In this document: positions 11,079 to 22,929 of the stretch, in pieces
Numbering within the stretch: position 1 is the stretch's first letter
Layout: the number at the start of each line of letters is the position of its first letter
Origin: Octopus bimaculoides
Taxonomy: Eukaryota
NCBI RefSeq assembly: GCF_001194135.2
Contig: NC_069007.1
Location: 1,831,851 to 1,895,850 of the forward strand
Length of the DNA stretch: 64,000 nucleotides
Reading direction: 5' to 3'
Position numbers and translations under genes: made by a program
The notes under the pieces: model-generated
What the model was told of the DNA's origin: nothing
The model's database searches: none
What the model saw: the letters and a program-made list of their open reading frames with translations, nothing else

Positions 11079-11929
11079 TGTATGTATATATTCACACTCA
11101 CATACATAGCTACGTATGTATGTATACGAGTGTATGTGTTTACAGGCGCGCAGGAAACACGTAGCTGTTTGTCTTCAGCATATGCTACATCGAAAACATT
11201 GCTATGCTGTAGTTTGTTTTTGGCAAAGTATACTTCATTATTCCTGGCCGCCCATTTCTGTTTATATTGGAATAATAGCTTTGTTAAATACTTAATTCTA
11301 TTTACACTTCGAGATCTTCACTGTCCTATCTTTCAAATAAACTAATCATGGTATTGGTCCTTACATGACGTTTTCAATAAGATGCAAACACAAAACCCAA
11401 TATATCGTCAATATCAAATTGAAAATCACACAATGTTAACTTCTGGTTGATTTCCTGATATAATGTTTTTGTTTATTTTTTTCAGTTTTTTATATATTTG
11501 CTTATTGGAGAACTGTTTGTATTTTGCGAAAAGCAAATCTCCCATGGTTATTCTTCGACTTGTGTATGGGATTTCAGTAAAAAATTGTGTCGTTTCAACT
11601 AGTGTTTCCAGCGAGGTTTCTTTTGCGTACAACATTATAAAGTATTTTCCACGGATGCTTGCAAATGCTAGTACCAAGGGGCGAAAAATTTATATATACA
11701 TACATACATATATATNNNNNNNNNNNNNNNNNNNNNNNNNNNNNNNNNNNNNNNNNNNNNNNNNNNNNNNNNNNNNNNNNNNNNNNNNNNNNNNNNNNNN
11801 NNNNNNNNNNNNNNNNNNNNNNNNNNNNNNNNNNNNNNNNATATATATAAACACACATATGTAATGTATGAATATGTGTATCGGTGTGAAAGTGATTGGT
11901 TCTTACATTCATTTCTTTAAAACCTTTTA

Positions 11930-12545
11930 AGGCAGTTCATGCTGGACTCTCTAAAGGACTCTGGACTTTGGAAAGCAACTCTGTAATCTTTCCACATACT
12001 TATTTGGTTGGTTTGTTTTGGGCGTTTGGACATCCTGGTTCTTGGCTCTTCTGGCTCATGAAGGGGCCTGACACCGCTGCCTTCGCCTGGACCTCTTTCT
12101 GGGACGTCGGTTCTTCTGATATAGTAGAGAAGAGAATGTATAATTTCTTTTTCAAGACCTCTTTAACCACATTGTTTAGGTTTCTTAATTATTTTGCGAG
12201 GGCATTGAATAGAAGTAGGCCTTTAAATTCCACGTTATTGCAATACCTCGTAGTTATCCCAGAACAGTGCCTTGCGGAGCCCCACTCAATATTTGCGTGT
12301 CATTGGAGGTGGCACCGTTGGCTACTACTGCTTTACTTCTATCCTTCAGAAAATCATTCACCCAATTCGCCGACTATGCCGAGTTCACGCAGTTTGTGAC
12401 ATATTATTCCACGATGGACTTTATCGAAATCCTTTGCAAAATCGAGATATATCACATCCACATTTGAGTGGTTGAGCAGCTGCTTCAACACCCAGTCATA
12501 TTCTTGTAGAACCTGAGTCAGGCAGCTTCTTCCTGATTGGAAACC
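11930..12545 (-). mobile_element. CR1/L2-group LINE ORF2 relic, internally deleted
   Basis: Minus strand GRSCLTQVLQEYDWVLKQLLNHSNVDVIYLDFAKDFDKVHRGIICHKLRELG, frameshift, FLKDRSKAVVANG...ILSGAPQGTVLG*, then abruptly the C-terminal-type segment TRYCNNVEFKGLLLFNAL..LRNL..V.KKKL...ISEEPT. Confidence 0.85.
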
Positions 12546-12883
12546 ATTTATACATATATAAATATGTATACCTGTGAATAATTATGTTTTAAAACATTGC
12601 TATTTATCTGGGTTATTTTTTTTTCTCTCTTTAAATTCTACGACGAATGACAAAGTAGATAAAATGTATGAAGCTATATTCATGTCAATTATTTATGTTT
12701 CATATAGAAAAAATGGAAGAAACCAAAATTTAGATGCATTCTTATTTAGACATTCAAATATTAATAATTAAACATTTGTAACTCCTGCTAGAAACACTCA
12801 AAACCACTACATCCACACACAGAAACATTTATATGCGTGCAGATATGTGAATAGATGTGTGTGTACGTATATATACGTGTGTA

Positions 12884-12919
<36 letters not shown>

Positions 12920-13851
12920 NNNNNNNNNNNNNNNNNNNNNNNNNNNNNNNNNNNNNNNNNNNNNNNNNNNNNNNNNNNNNNNNNNNNNNNNNNNNNNNNN
13001 NNNNNNNNNNNNNNNNNNNNNNNNNNNNNNNNNNNNNNNNNNNNNNNNNNNNNNNNNNNNNNNNNNNNNNNNNNNNNNNNNNNNNNNNNNNNNNNNNNNN
13101 NNNNNNNNNNNNNNNNNNNNNNNNNNNNNNNNNNNNNNNNNNNNNNNNNNNNNNNNNNNNNNNNNNNNNNNNNNNNNNNNNNNNNNNNNNNNNNNNNNNN
13201 NNNNNNNNNNNNNNNNNNNNNNNNNNNNNNNNNNNNNNNNNNNNNNNNNNNNNNNNNNNNNNNNNNNNNNNNNNNNNNNNNNNNNNNNNNNNNNNNNNNN
13301 NNNNNNNNNNNNNNNNNNNNNNNNNNNNNNNNNNNNNNNNNNNNNNNNNNNNNNNNNNNNNNNNNNNNNNNNNNNNNNNNNNNNNNNNNNNNNNNNNNNN
13401 NNNNNNNNNNNNNNNNNNNNNNNNNNNNNNNNNNNNNNNNNNNNNNNNNNNNNNNNNNNNNNNNNNNNNNNNNNNNNNNNNNNNNNNNNNNNNNNNNNNN
13501 NNNNNNNNNNNNNNNNNNNNNNNNNNNNNNNNNNNNNNNNNNNNNNNNNNNNNNNNNNNNNNNNNNNNNNNNNNNNNNNNNNNNNNNNNNNNNNNNNNNN
13601 NNNNNNNNNNNNNNNNNNNNNNNNNNNNNNNNNNNNNNNNNNNNNNNNNNNNNNNNNNNNNNNNNNNNNNNNNNNNNNNNNNNNNNNNNNNNNNNNNNNN
13701 NNNNNNNNNNNNNNNNNNNNNNNNNNNNNNNNNNNNNNNNNNNNNNNNNNNNNNNNNNNNNNNNNNNNNNNNNNNNNNNNNNNNNNNNNNNNNNNNNNNN
13801 NNNNNNNNNNNNNNNNNNNNNNNNNNNNNNNNNNNNNNNNNNNNNNNNNNN

Positions 13852-13900
<49 letters not shown>

Positions 13901-14226
13901 TATATACATAATGTAATTTTCATGTATGCATATATTTGTGTGTATAAGTATAAATATATGTGTATATATTCGAGCGGAGTAGAGTGAGGTATTTGGGGTG
14001 ACATATTTAGGGCAGAGAGCGAGAGAAAGAGAGAGAGAGCGAGAGAGAGAGAGAGAAATGTAACGGAAACGATGGAGAAAATATAAAGTTAGTTATTAGT
14101 TTCGATGCGGTAGTATTCCTTACTAGAAGTGTTTATATAAATCTATGTGTATCTATCTACATGTAAAACTCCCTCTCCTCCATATCTCTGTTCGACACAT
14201 AAACACACACACACACATATATATTC

Positions 14227-14261
<35 letters not shown>

Positions 14262-14432
14262 CATGTTTATGTATTAATTTGTACACATAACTACACATAG
14301 ACAAACATACATAGATAATTATACACGGACACATGCACGCACGCACATACACACATACATCTGAGTGTACGTGTATATATATATATATGTGATCTAATAG
14401 CATTTTTACTCGTCATATTACTAAAAATTGTT

Positions 14433-14505
<73 letters not shown>

Positions 14506-15453
14506 GTATATATGTGTGTGTATTCGTAAATTCTATGCATATCTGTTATTTCAGTCTCTTTTTAGTATTACTTTTCTTTAGACGAAGCTTAGAAAATACT
14601 TTCCGTCATTTCTTTGCAACACTGCTTTTAAGACAATTTGTTCTTCAAGCAAGTGAATATGATATTTAATCAATTCTTTTCTTCCTTTTCCAATGCATTT
14701 GCCATACTGCCAAATATTGGTGGAATCTAAGAAGATTACGAGTGCGTAGTCTTCATCAGAACATGATGGATGCGTTTTCTATAGCCACCATCTCCATTAC
14801 GAGATGGAAATTATATTAATGTTCTAGCTACGATGAATTGATGTATTTTGAGCGGTGTCCCTCGTGTATGGGTCAGAATGCTAGTTAATGTCGATGTTTA
14901 TTGCAAGATACATAATGTATGGAATATAGAATTATTTTAGTATTATTGTTAACCCTTAAAACATCACTTTAATTGCTGCTGTTATCATACAGATCCCTTG
15001 GTCCCTTTATTTCCTAAACTAATAGAGTCAAGCTTCATCTCCTGCAGATGTATTTCTTTTTATTGTTTGTTCGTTCGTTTGATGTGACAAATTTTAGGTA
15101 AAGGTTTTCCTACAAATGTTAATAGAATTGGGTAACTAAAATTGTTATATTCCCGAAATAGTAGAAAACCATGTGGAAATATTACGTAGTCTGTAATATC
15201 CAAAAGGTCATGAATGTTAACCATGTTGTTAAGAATTGCATTTTAGACCGAGTGTCGCAGGCCTCCATTTGACGTGGCAGTGTTTTGAGAAATTCTTTTC
15301 TGCTGTAGCCTCGAGTTGCCTAGTAAATTGCGAACAGAATTTAATTAAGAGAAGCTGTGAAAATGCCCATCTTATTCACACATCTAAAACATATATGTAT
15401 GTATATACGTATATACATATATATACGTATATATATATATATATTTATTTATT

Positions 15454-15485
<32 letters not shown>

Positions 15486-16216
15486 CGCGCACACACATGT
15501 ATACATTAATACACATATTTTCATATACCTATGCATATATAAGTATGTTTTAATGTCAAGTTATATGTAAAAACAATTTCCCATTTAACTAAAGAATTAT
15601 TCCATAGTCGTGTGCGTGTGCGTGTGTTTTTATGTGCGTGAACGCGTGTACGCGTCTGCGTGTGTGTGTGTGTGTGTGCATGTCTGTGCTTGTCTGTGTA
15701 CGTGTGTGCGATTTTGCCAAAGCTTGTATGTATTCCAAAACAAATCGTTACGAGTAGCTACGTCATTTTATGCGAAGAGTCTAAAAGATAATGCCATTCA
15801 GTATATTGAATGCTGAAAATAAGTAGCATAGTGGATGCTAATATGATTGAGCAAATCCTTTCACAGTGTCAAACAAGTATGATTAGAGTACAATGTCTGA
15901 TATTCATAAAAGTAGAAAGAAAGTAGTTTAATAAGCGATTTTCATAAACGACCTGTCGTAGCGGAGTCACAAAACAAATCCACAGAGATTTGCTGAATAT
16001 TCGAAATACTTTAATAATATTGTTCAAAACATTGCTAAGTTATTTATAATAAGGTTTTGTGGTTAAAGCAAAACGGCAGACACGACTTAAAGGAAAGAAC
16101 GTTAGACTTGCAAGAAATAGCAGATAAATGTCCCTTAAAAGAGACACTACATTCCTTAATAAAGGAAGCGAAAACTTATTACTTGACTACTTGTGTAACG
16201 ATATAACACCAGGCAC

Positions 16217-16387
16217 AAGGCGACGAGACTTCAAATTCCGCCGAGGTCGACTTTACCTTTCATCTTTTCGGTGTTGATTAAATAAGTACCAGTTACGCAC
16301 TGAGGTCGATGTAATCGACGTAATCCATTTGTGTGTCCTTGTTTGTCCCCTCTATGTTTAGTCCCCTGTGGGCAATAAACAAATAAA
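16217..16387 (+). mobile_element. SINE family A variant (5'-deleted, different 3' tail)
   Basis: ttcaaattccgccgaggtcgactttacctttcatc...ataagtaccagttacgcactgaggtcgatgtaatcgac. Confidence 0.8.
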
Positions 16388-16454
16388 TACTTAGTTCTCA
16401 GCTCGCAACATCACAAGGGGACCCTTTATGTGGACAAGGAAGACTATATTTTAT

Positions 16455-16620
16455 CTTCTAATTGCTTGAGTCATTATACTGCACCATAATGAGTCAACAC
16501 CTTCAGGAACTATAGTCGACTCCAGTATTTATAAGATTGGTGCTTATTGCATCAGTCTCTTTTGCTGAACAAATAGTTACAGGGATGTAAATACACCAGC
16601 ACTTGTTGCCATTGGTTGTC
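16455..16620 (-). mobile_element. SINE family B, old 3' portion (continues at 17075-17130)
   Basis: gtctctttgctgaac..agttacagggatgtaaatacaccagc...cattggttgtc; resumes as ttctttcagcttccgtctaccaaatccact at ~17084. Confidence 0.6.
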
Positions 16621-16969
16621 AGTTGGTGAATGCTGCCCTAAACCTTGCCTTCAATTCATATTTGGTGTTACAAAGAGTTTCGTTGGTCTCTCGCGCAACT
16701 GTGGCTTACAAATAATAATCAAGGAGATTACAGTCTGGGGAGTTAGGTGGGAAGATGTTAGGGGTGATATGGTCGCAGAAATTGTCTGGCAGTCATGACT
16801 GGCTTCTCCTGCTTATGAGGTATGGTGCAGTGTCTTGTTGCCAGATATAGGGTCTTCCACCAGCCACACTCTTGACCCAGAGCAGCACTACCTCCTCCAG
16901 GGACTTGATGTGTGTGTCCGTGCTGAGTCTGAGGCTGTGTGAGAAGACGAATGGGAGCACATCGTCGCC

Positions 16970-16974
<5 letters not shown>
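16621..16974 (-). mobile_element. Tc1/mariner maT (DD37D) transposase C-terminal relic
   Basis: Minus strand SDGDDVLPFVFSHSLRLSTDTHIKSLEEVVLLWVKSVAGGRPYIWQQDTAPYLISRRSQS*LPDNFCDHITPNIFPPNSPDCNLLDYYL*ATVARETNETLCNTKYELKARFRAAFTN; exactly 37 codons between the D of QQD and the D of LLDY. Confidence 0.9.
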
Positions 16975-17000
<26 letters not shown>

Positions 17001-17479
17001 CAGAGAGAGAGAAAGAGAGAGAGAGAGAGGGAGGGATAGATAGATAGTTAGTTAGATATATATATATATATATATATGATGGGTTCTTTCAGCTTCCGTC
17101 TACCAAATCCACTACCAAGGTTTTCGTCAACCATGTAACCTGCAGCCAAACGGGTGAGAACCAAACACCTACGCTAGCGACTAGGATGAATATATTTTAT
17201 TCCACCTGTAATTTGTTACTCTTCAGCATGCGAGATTATTAATTTTGACTTTCATCCTTACGGCTTGGCAAAAATCAAATACTAGACACATAACGAATTA
17301 AATACAATCGCTTCTGCCGTTTCCTATGTTTCTGAATCAATGTCATTAATCAATAGAAATATACAGGCAATGATTTGTCGTAGATCAACATCAAACTCCT
17401 GTGGAATCAGGACAGGATTATTTTCTACAGATAAAAGCAACATTATCTGAAATATATAGAAGTGAATCCATCTAGGTAT

Positions 17480-18270
17480 TATTTGGGATTTTTATGTGCC
17501 ATAAATTTGTAAATGCTCCAATGGAAACCTTGTCTCACAGCAATATTTATATACGAAGGAAGGGAGGGCATCTGTATTGCGATGTTGTTTTGGGTGGAAT
17601 GTGGAGGGGATATACCTTTTAATACATTATCAGTCACAAGTTGAGCTGTTTGTAATTAATCATTTGTGAGAGATATGGATGTGCTAGGAATGTTGGCATA
17701 CACGTAGTTGATGAAAGCTTCCAGCGAGTAACCTGAATGGAAATTTGGGATCATGGATGCAAGAGATATCTTTTTGTGTAAAAAGGGCGTGTGTTATAAG
17801 ACACAGTAAGGCAGTGTTCGGAAGTACAACGAGTGGTAGAGGAAACAAATTCCTACATGTCTTCGTTTTCCTTGTGTGGATGTATCAAGAATTTATTATG
17901 TGTCTGTGGGTCAGACAGAGATGTGTGTAAGGCATGGCGTAAATTAATTAGGATAGCTTAAGATTGCAAACGAAAGGCTCTCTTACTGATACAATAAGTA
18001 TGAGAAAAGTGAGAGCCAATAAGGGTGTGAGAGATACCCTTGATGCCAAAGGAAATGTGGTTTAATTGTAGACTGTAGTTCGTTGCATTCGTTTGGTCCT
18101 TGAAGAGATAGGTGTATTGTAAAAGGTACTGGATGGAAATGGTAAGCCAGTGCAAATGGTCTTTTTTACCCGGCGCCAAGGTGAGATAGGTTAGTGTTGA
18201 GGAGGAGTATGTATAGTCAACATGTTGAGGTTTAAGTATATGGTGCAGCCTATGAATCAGGGACATCCAT
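17480..18270 (-). mobile_element. Highly decayed Penelope-like reverse transcriptase
   Basis: Across frameshifts, in the expected order: SLQLNHISFGIKGISHTL (like SLYTNIP..GI.A..FL), PFYTKRYL (like LY.RYIDD), SLEAFINYVYANIP (like LE.FI.YVN.FHP), PSLPSYINI (like LPFLDI). Confidence 0.45.
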
Positions 18271-18444
18271 CTTCTGAGTAGAAAGTATCTGCGTTTTGCA
18301 TGTTAGATCCAGAAAAAATAAAACGACACCTCGCTGGTAATAAATCAAGAAAAGAAACCATTCGTAAGATTTGAAACCGTAACCTAAGGTGATGCAAGTT
18401 TGCACTTTGTTGTTTTGTGTTTGAAACAACTTGATAATAAGAGC

Positions 18445-18660
18445 GATATCGGTTTCAAATTTTGGCACAAGGCCAGCAATTTGGGGGAAGGGTGTAAGTC
18501 TATCGCATCGCTCAAGATTTCAACTGATTCTTATTTTATCGACCGGGAAAGGATGACAGACGAAGTGGACCTCGTGGAATTTGAACTCAGAGCGTAAGAA
18601 TGGACAGAATGCTGTGAAGCATTCTGCCCAGCGTGATAACTATTCTGCCAGGTTGTCGCT
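18445..18660 (-). mobile_element. SINE family A (tail subtype ccaaaatttgaaaccgatatc)
   Basis: gatatcggtttcaaattttggcacaaggccagc ... ggaatttgaactcagagcg ... tctgccaggttgtcgc. Confidence 0.85.
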
Positions 18661-18670
18661 TTAATAATCC

Positions 18671-18880
18671 TTTCTACCATAGGCAAAAGGTCTGAAATTT
18701 GAGGGTGGCGACTAGTCGCCGCCTTAAACTAAGTTAATATTCATATAAAATTTTGGGAGAGGGCCAGCAATTTCGAGTGAAGAAGTGGACTACATCAACC
18801 CCAGTATTCAACTGGTATTTATTTGAACTAACTCGAAAGGACAAAAGGCAAAGTCTACCTTGGTGGAATTTGAACTCAGC
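18671..18880 (-). mobile_element. SINE family A fragments
   Basis: ttctaccataggcaaaaggtctgaaat tail; aaaggcaaagtctaccttggtggaatttgaactcag body. Confidence 0.7.
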
Positions 18881-19767
18881 CCGTCATGCTAATCTTTTGC
18901 TTGCTTAATCAAAATTAATATTGATAAGATACGAAACCAGAACTTAATGAGAAGTAACTTAATGTAAACAGCGAACAATTTTATGCGATACTTCAATGAC
19001 TTTATTTATCTGCCACGATGATCGTGCGCTGCAGGAAAGAAGAGAAAGCAGAATTTTATTTCCCACGTAAAGTATTTTAACTGTATCATATATATTTCAA
19101 CTCTGCTATATGACTGTCTGGGAAGACAATAGAATTTTCTAAGAAGAGTCATTCAGAATTTCAGCTGCATTAGATATAATATAATATGTAGTTGTGTAAA
19201 TATAATATAAAAGCAATTTTACAAAATTTAATGTTTATGAATATTATTATCATTCTAAGTAGTGTTATATAACATAGAGCAAATAAAATACTTATAAGTA
19301 TATTCCCTATGTTTTAATGCTTTCTCATTATACCCTAGGGACATACATTGTTGCAAAATAATAAAAAAGATTCCACTGACACAAACTTAGTGCAATAAGA
19401 AGAGAGAATTCAGCTAAACTTGCGAAATAATACAATGAGCAAATATTAAGGAGGTTCGTTTGTTTAGATTAGTTGGAGATAATCGGTGGCTTATCTTGAT
19501 GCACAAGAAAGTCAGTGGAAAAATGTACACCGACTCACGTATACGCACTCATAGGAATTATTCGTATATATATATATATATATATCTTAGACACAGACAC
19601 AAACACAAACTTACACAGTGGCACACATATATAAGCATATAAAACATATATGTTTACGTGTATATACATTACAGATATCTATATATACATATATACACGT
19701 GTATATATATATGTGTATCTACATCTCTGTGTGTGTATCTACACACACATACATACACACACGCACG

Positions 19768-19809
<42 letters not shown>

Positions 19810-21056
19810 CGAAATCGTCGGGTAAGAGATGAACTGCCATTTATTTATTAAATTCTCAACGTCTTTATATTAGGACCTGCTATTAATTCACTTAGAACTA
19901 ATATCAGATTTTATCTCAACGATGACCTTTCCAAATATCCATTTCGTATTCTCTGTTCTATTTCAGAGAAGATTGTTAGTAAGTTGAATCTGAAATAAAT
20001 TCTACGCTATTTATATTATTTGTAGCAACAATGTCTACTTTTCTCTCTACATCTCTGTTTATTTTCTTACTCTGCATCTCTGTTGCTCTCGCCTCTCCGT
20101 TGCTATATCATTCTTGATCTCAGCATCTCCTACGCTCTCCCTTTCTTAGCTATCTTCTTTTTCCTATTCATTTTCTCTTTCTCATTCAGTCTCTCTTTAA
20201 TTGTACTTATTCTTTGCTTTTCGTAATCATTCTCCTACTTTGTTTCTCTCCTACATCTCTCTTTATTCTGTTGCTCTACATCTTTGTTTCTCTCAACTCT
20301 TTATTGCCATATCTTTCTTGGTCTCAGTAACTGCTACCCTCTCTCTTCTTTGGTATCTTCTTATTCATTTTCCCTTTCTCCCTCTATCGCTCTTTAACTG
20401 TCCTCTTTCTTTGCCTCTCTCAATCATTCTCCTACATTGTCCCTCTCCTCTGTGCAACTTATATCTTTCAAGCGCATCCTAAGTTAGATACTCACGCATT
20501 TTCCCATTCCTTCTCTTTATGTCTACATCTACTCCTCACACTCTTTTTAAATATCCATCTCTCTAACTCTCTATCAGTCTGTGTCTCTCAAATTTTCTCC
20601 TCTATAACCTTCACCAAAGGTCACGCTAGCTTACAAACAGAAAATGATATCTTACGTTTCTCATCCCTTGATTTATACACCTATTCAATATTACCCATAC
20701 AAAGCAATATATTTATCTTCCCTACACTTTCTCCTACAATTCAAATCAAGAACATTTAACTAAATACATTGCCGATTTCTTAAGCAGTGACCTCGCTGAT
20801 TGCGATTGCAGCGAGCCCTAGTATTGACCCGAAGACATTTGCCCGTATCAGCATTATCTGAAACATTGCCATACACGGCAGAATCAATGTTTCCTATCAG
20901 ATCTTCAATAGATTCGAGAAAAAAAACTAAACAAAAACAAACGAAAGAATTTCTTAGCTCAGTATTTGATTACTCTTTCATCAATTTGGTGAATAAAGGA
21001 ACGAAAGAGCTCCTGCAGAAAATATACACACCAACACACAACAAAAATATGCACGC

Positions 21057-21178
<122 letters not shown>

Positions 21179-21937
21179 TATATACACTCACACACACTAG
21201 ACGCGCACATACATACGCACATTAATATACGTATGTATGCAGCTATATACATATGTATAAGCAGTATGTATGTATGTATAATGGTAATGGTACTTGATAT
21301 GAAAATATTCATGAAATAGTCGTACTGAAATTACAGCTTTTGAAATGAATCTTCTTCGTATTTCCATACATTATTCCTCGCTGTATTTATTGAAATTACT
21401 TTCCAAATGCAGCGTGTTTTCCGTTATTTGTGGCGATTGTCATAGCAAAGCCGGAATGAATTCCCGATTTTTGCGAAACGGGCAAAAGCTATAGGTTTTT
21501 CTCTTTATTATCGCAGAAAGAACTGATTAATCGATAGATATTATTGATACAAGCCTTATCAAACAACGTTAAAAAATACAACTTATATACTTATATAAAA
21601 CGCACATATATAAGAGCAGAAACGTTAACATGCAGTATGCATATATAGGTGTATGTGTGTTTATATGTATGTATATGAATGAAATGAGCATGCAACAAGC
21701 AAGGAAAATCCAATACTTCGTGTTGAGACAGAGGTAGATGTTATTACACCATACTTATGATATGGAATGCAGTTATTGGCGATCGACTAAAGTACAAAAA
21801 TGTTTGACACCATTTCGTGAAGCCCAAAAACACTTGTTCTCCGATTTGAAAAAATTCGAAAAAGATGAAAAATCCCTACAAGGGATGACTTACCTGGAAA
21901 TTGTAAAAGACGCCATCTTTTTGCATTTAGTACTGTT

Positions 21938-21961
21938 TAACCCTAACCCTAACCCTAACCC
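21938..21961 (-). repeat. Four telomere-type (TTAGGG) units, interstitial
   Basis: taaccc x4. Confidence 0.8.
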
Positions 21962-22869
21962 TTACATCTACTGTCCATTTCTGTATGCAAATCGCAAGAT
22001 TTTAAGATAAATATAATTTCGTCAGATAAAATAAGCTAAACATTTATTGCCTTGATTATAAGTTGTTTTAAAAGGTTCGGTAAAAATGTTAACGCCATGA
22101 GGTACACAGTTTAGTGTTTGCAGTTGCGCACATGGTGCGATATAAGAAAATTTTCTTATGAATCTGAGCCTCTCAAGCTGATTAAACATCCTCCATATAT
22201 AACTAATGAAAATTTTGAAATTTCAGAATTGATATGAATATATATATATATATATANNNNNNNNNNNNNNNNNNNNNNNNNNNNNNNNNNNNNNNNNNNN
22301 NNNNNNNNNNNNNNNNNNNNNNNNNNNNNNNNNNNNNNNNNNNNNNNNNNNNNNNNNNNNNNNNNNNNNNNNNNNNNNNNNNNNNNNNNNNNNNNNNNNN
22401 NNNNNNNNNNNNNNNNNNNNNNNNNNNNNNNNNNNNNNNNNNNNNNNNNNNNNNNNNNNNNNNNNNNNNNNNNNNNNNNNNNNNNNNNNNNNNNNNNNNN
22501 NNNNNNNNNNNNNNNNNNNNNNNNNNNNNNNNNNNNNNNNNNNNNNNNNNNNNNNNNNNNNNNNNNNNNNNNNNNNNNNNNNNNNNNNNNNNNNNNNNNN
22601 NNNNNNNNNNNNNNNNNNNNNNNNNNNNNNNNNNNNNNNNNNNNNNNNNNNNNNNNNNNNNNNNNNNNNNNNNNNNNNNNNNNNNNNNNNNNNNNNNNNN
22701 NNNNNNNNNNNNNNNNNNNNNNNNNNNNNNNNNNNNNNNNNNNNNNNNNNNNNNNNNNNNNNNNNNNNNNNNNNNNNNNNNNNNNNNNNNNNNNNNNNNN
22801 NNNNNNNNNNNNNNNNNNNNNNNNNNNNNNNNNNNNNNNNNNNNNNNNNNNNNNNNNNNNNNNNNNNNN

Positions 22870-22929
<60 letters not shown>

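Noticed and set aside
12788-14004. Long ORFs of 350-390 aa here, and similar ones at 22156, 44004, 53473 and 62021
   Set aside because: Artefacts of reading through N gaps and (TA)n tracts.
14725-14760. CUGAUGA followed by a hairpin (aagattacg agtg cgtagtctt) on the minus strand
   Set aside because: No GAAA follows stem II, so it is not a hammerhead.
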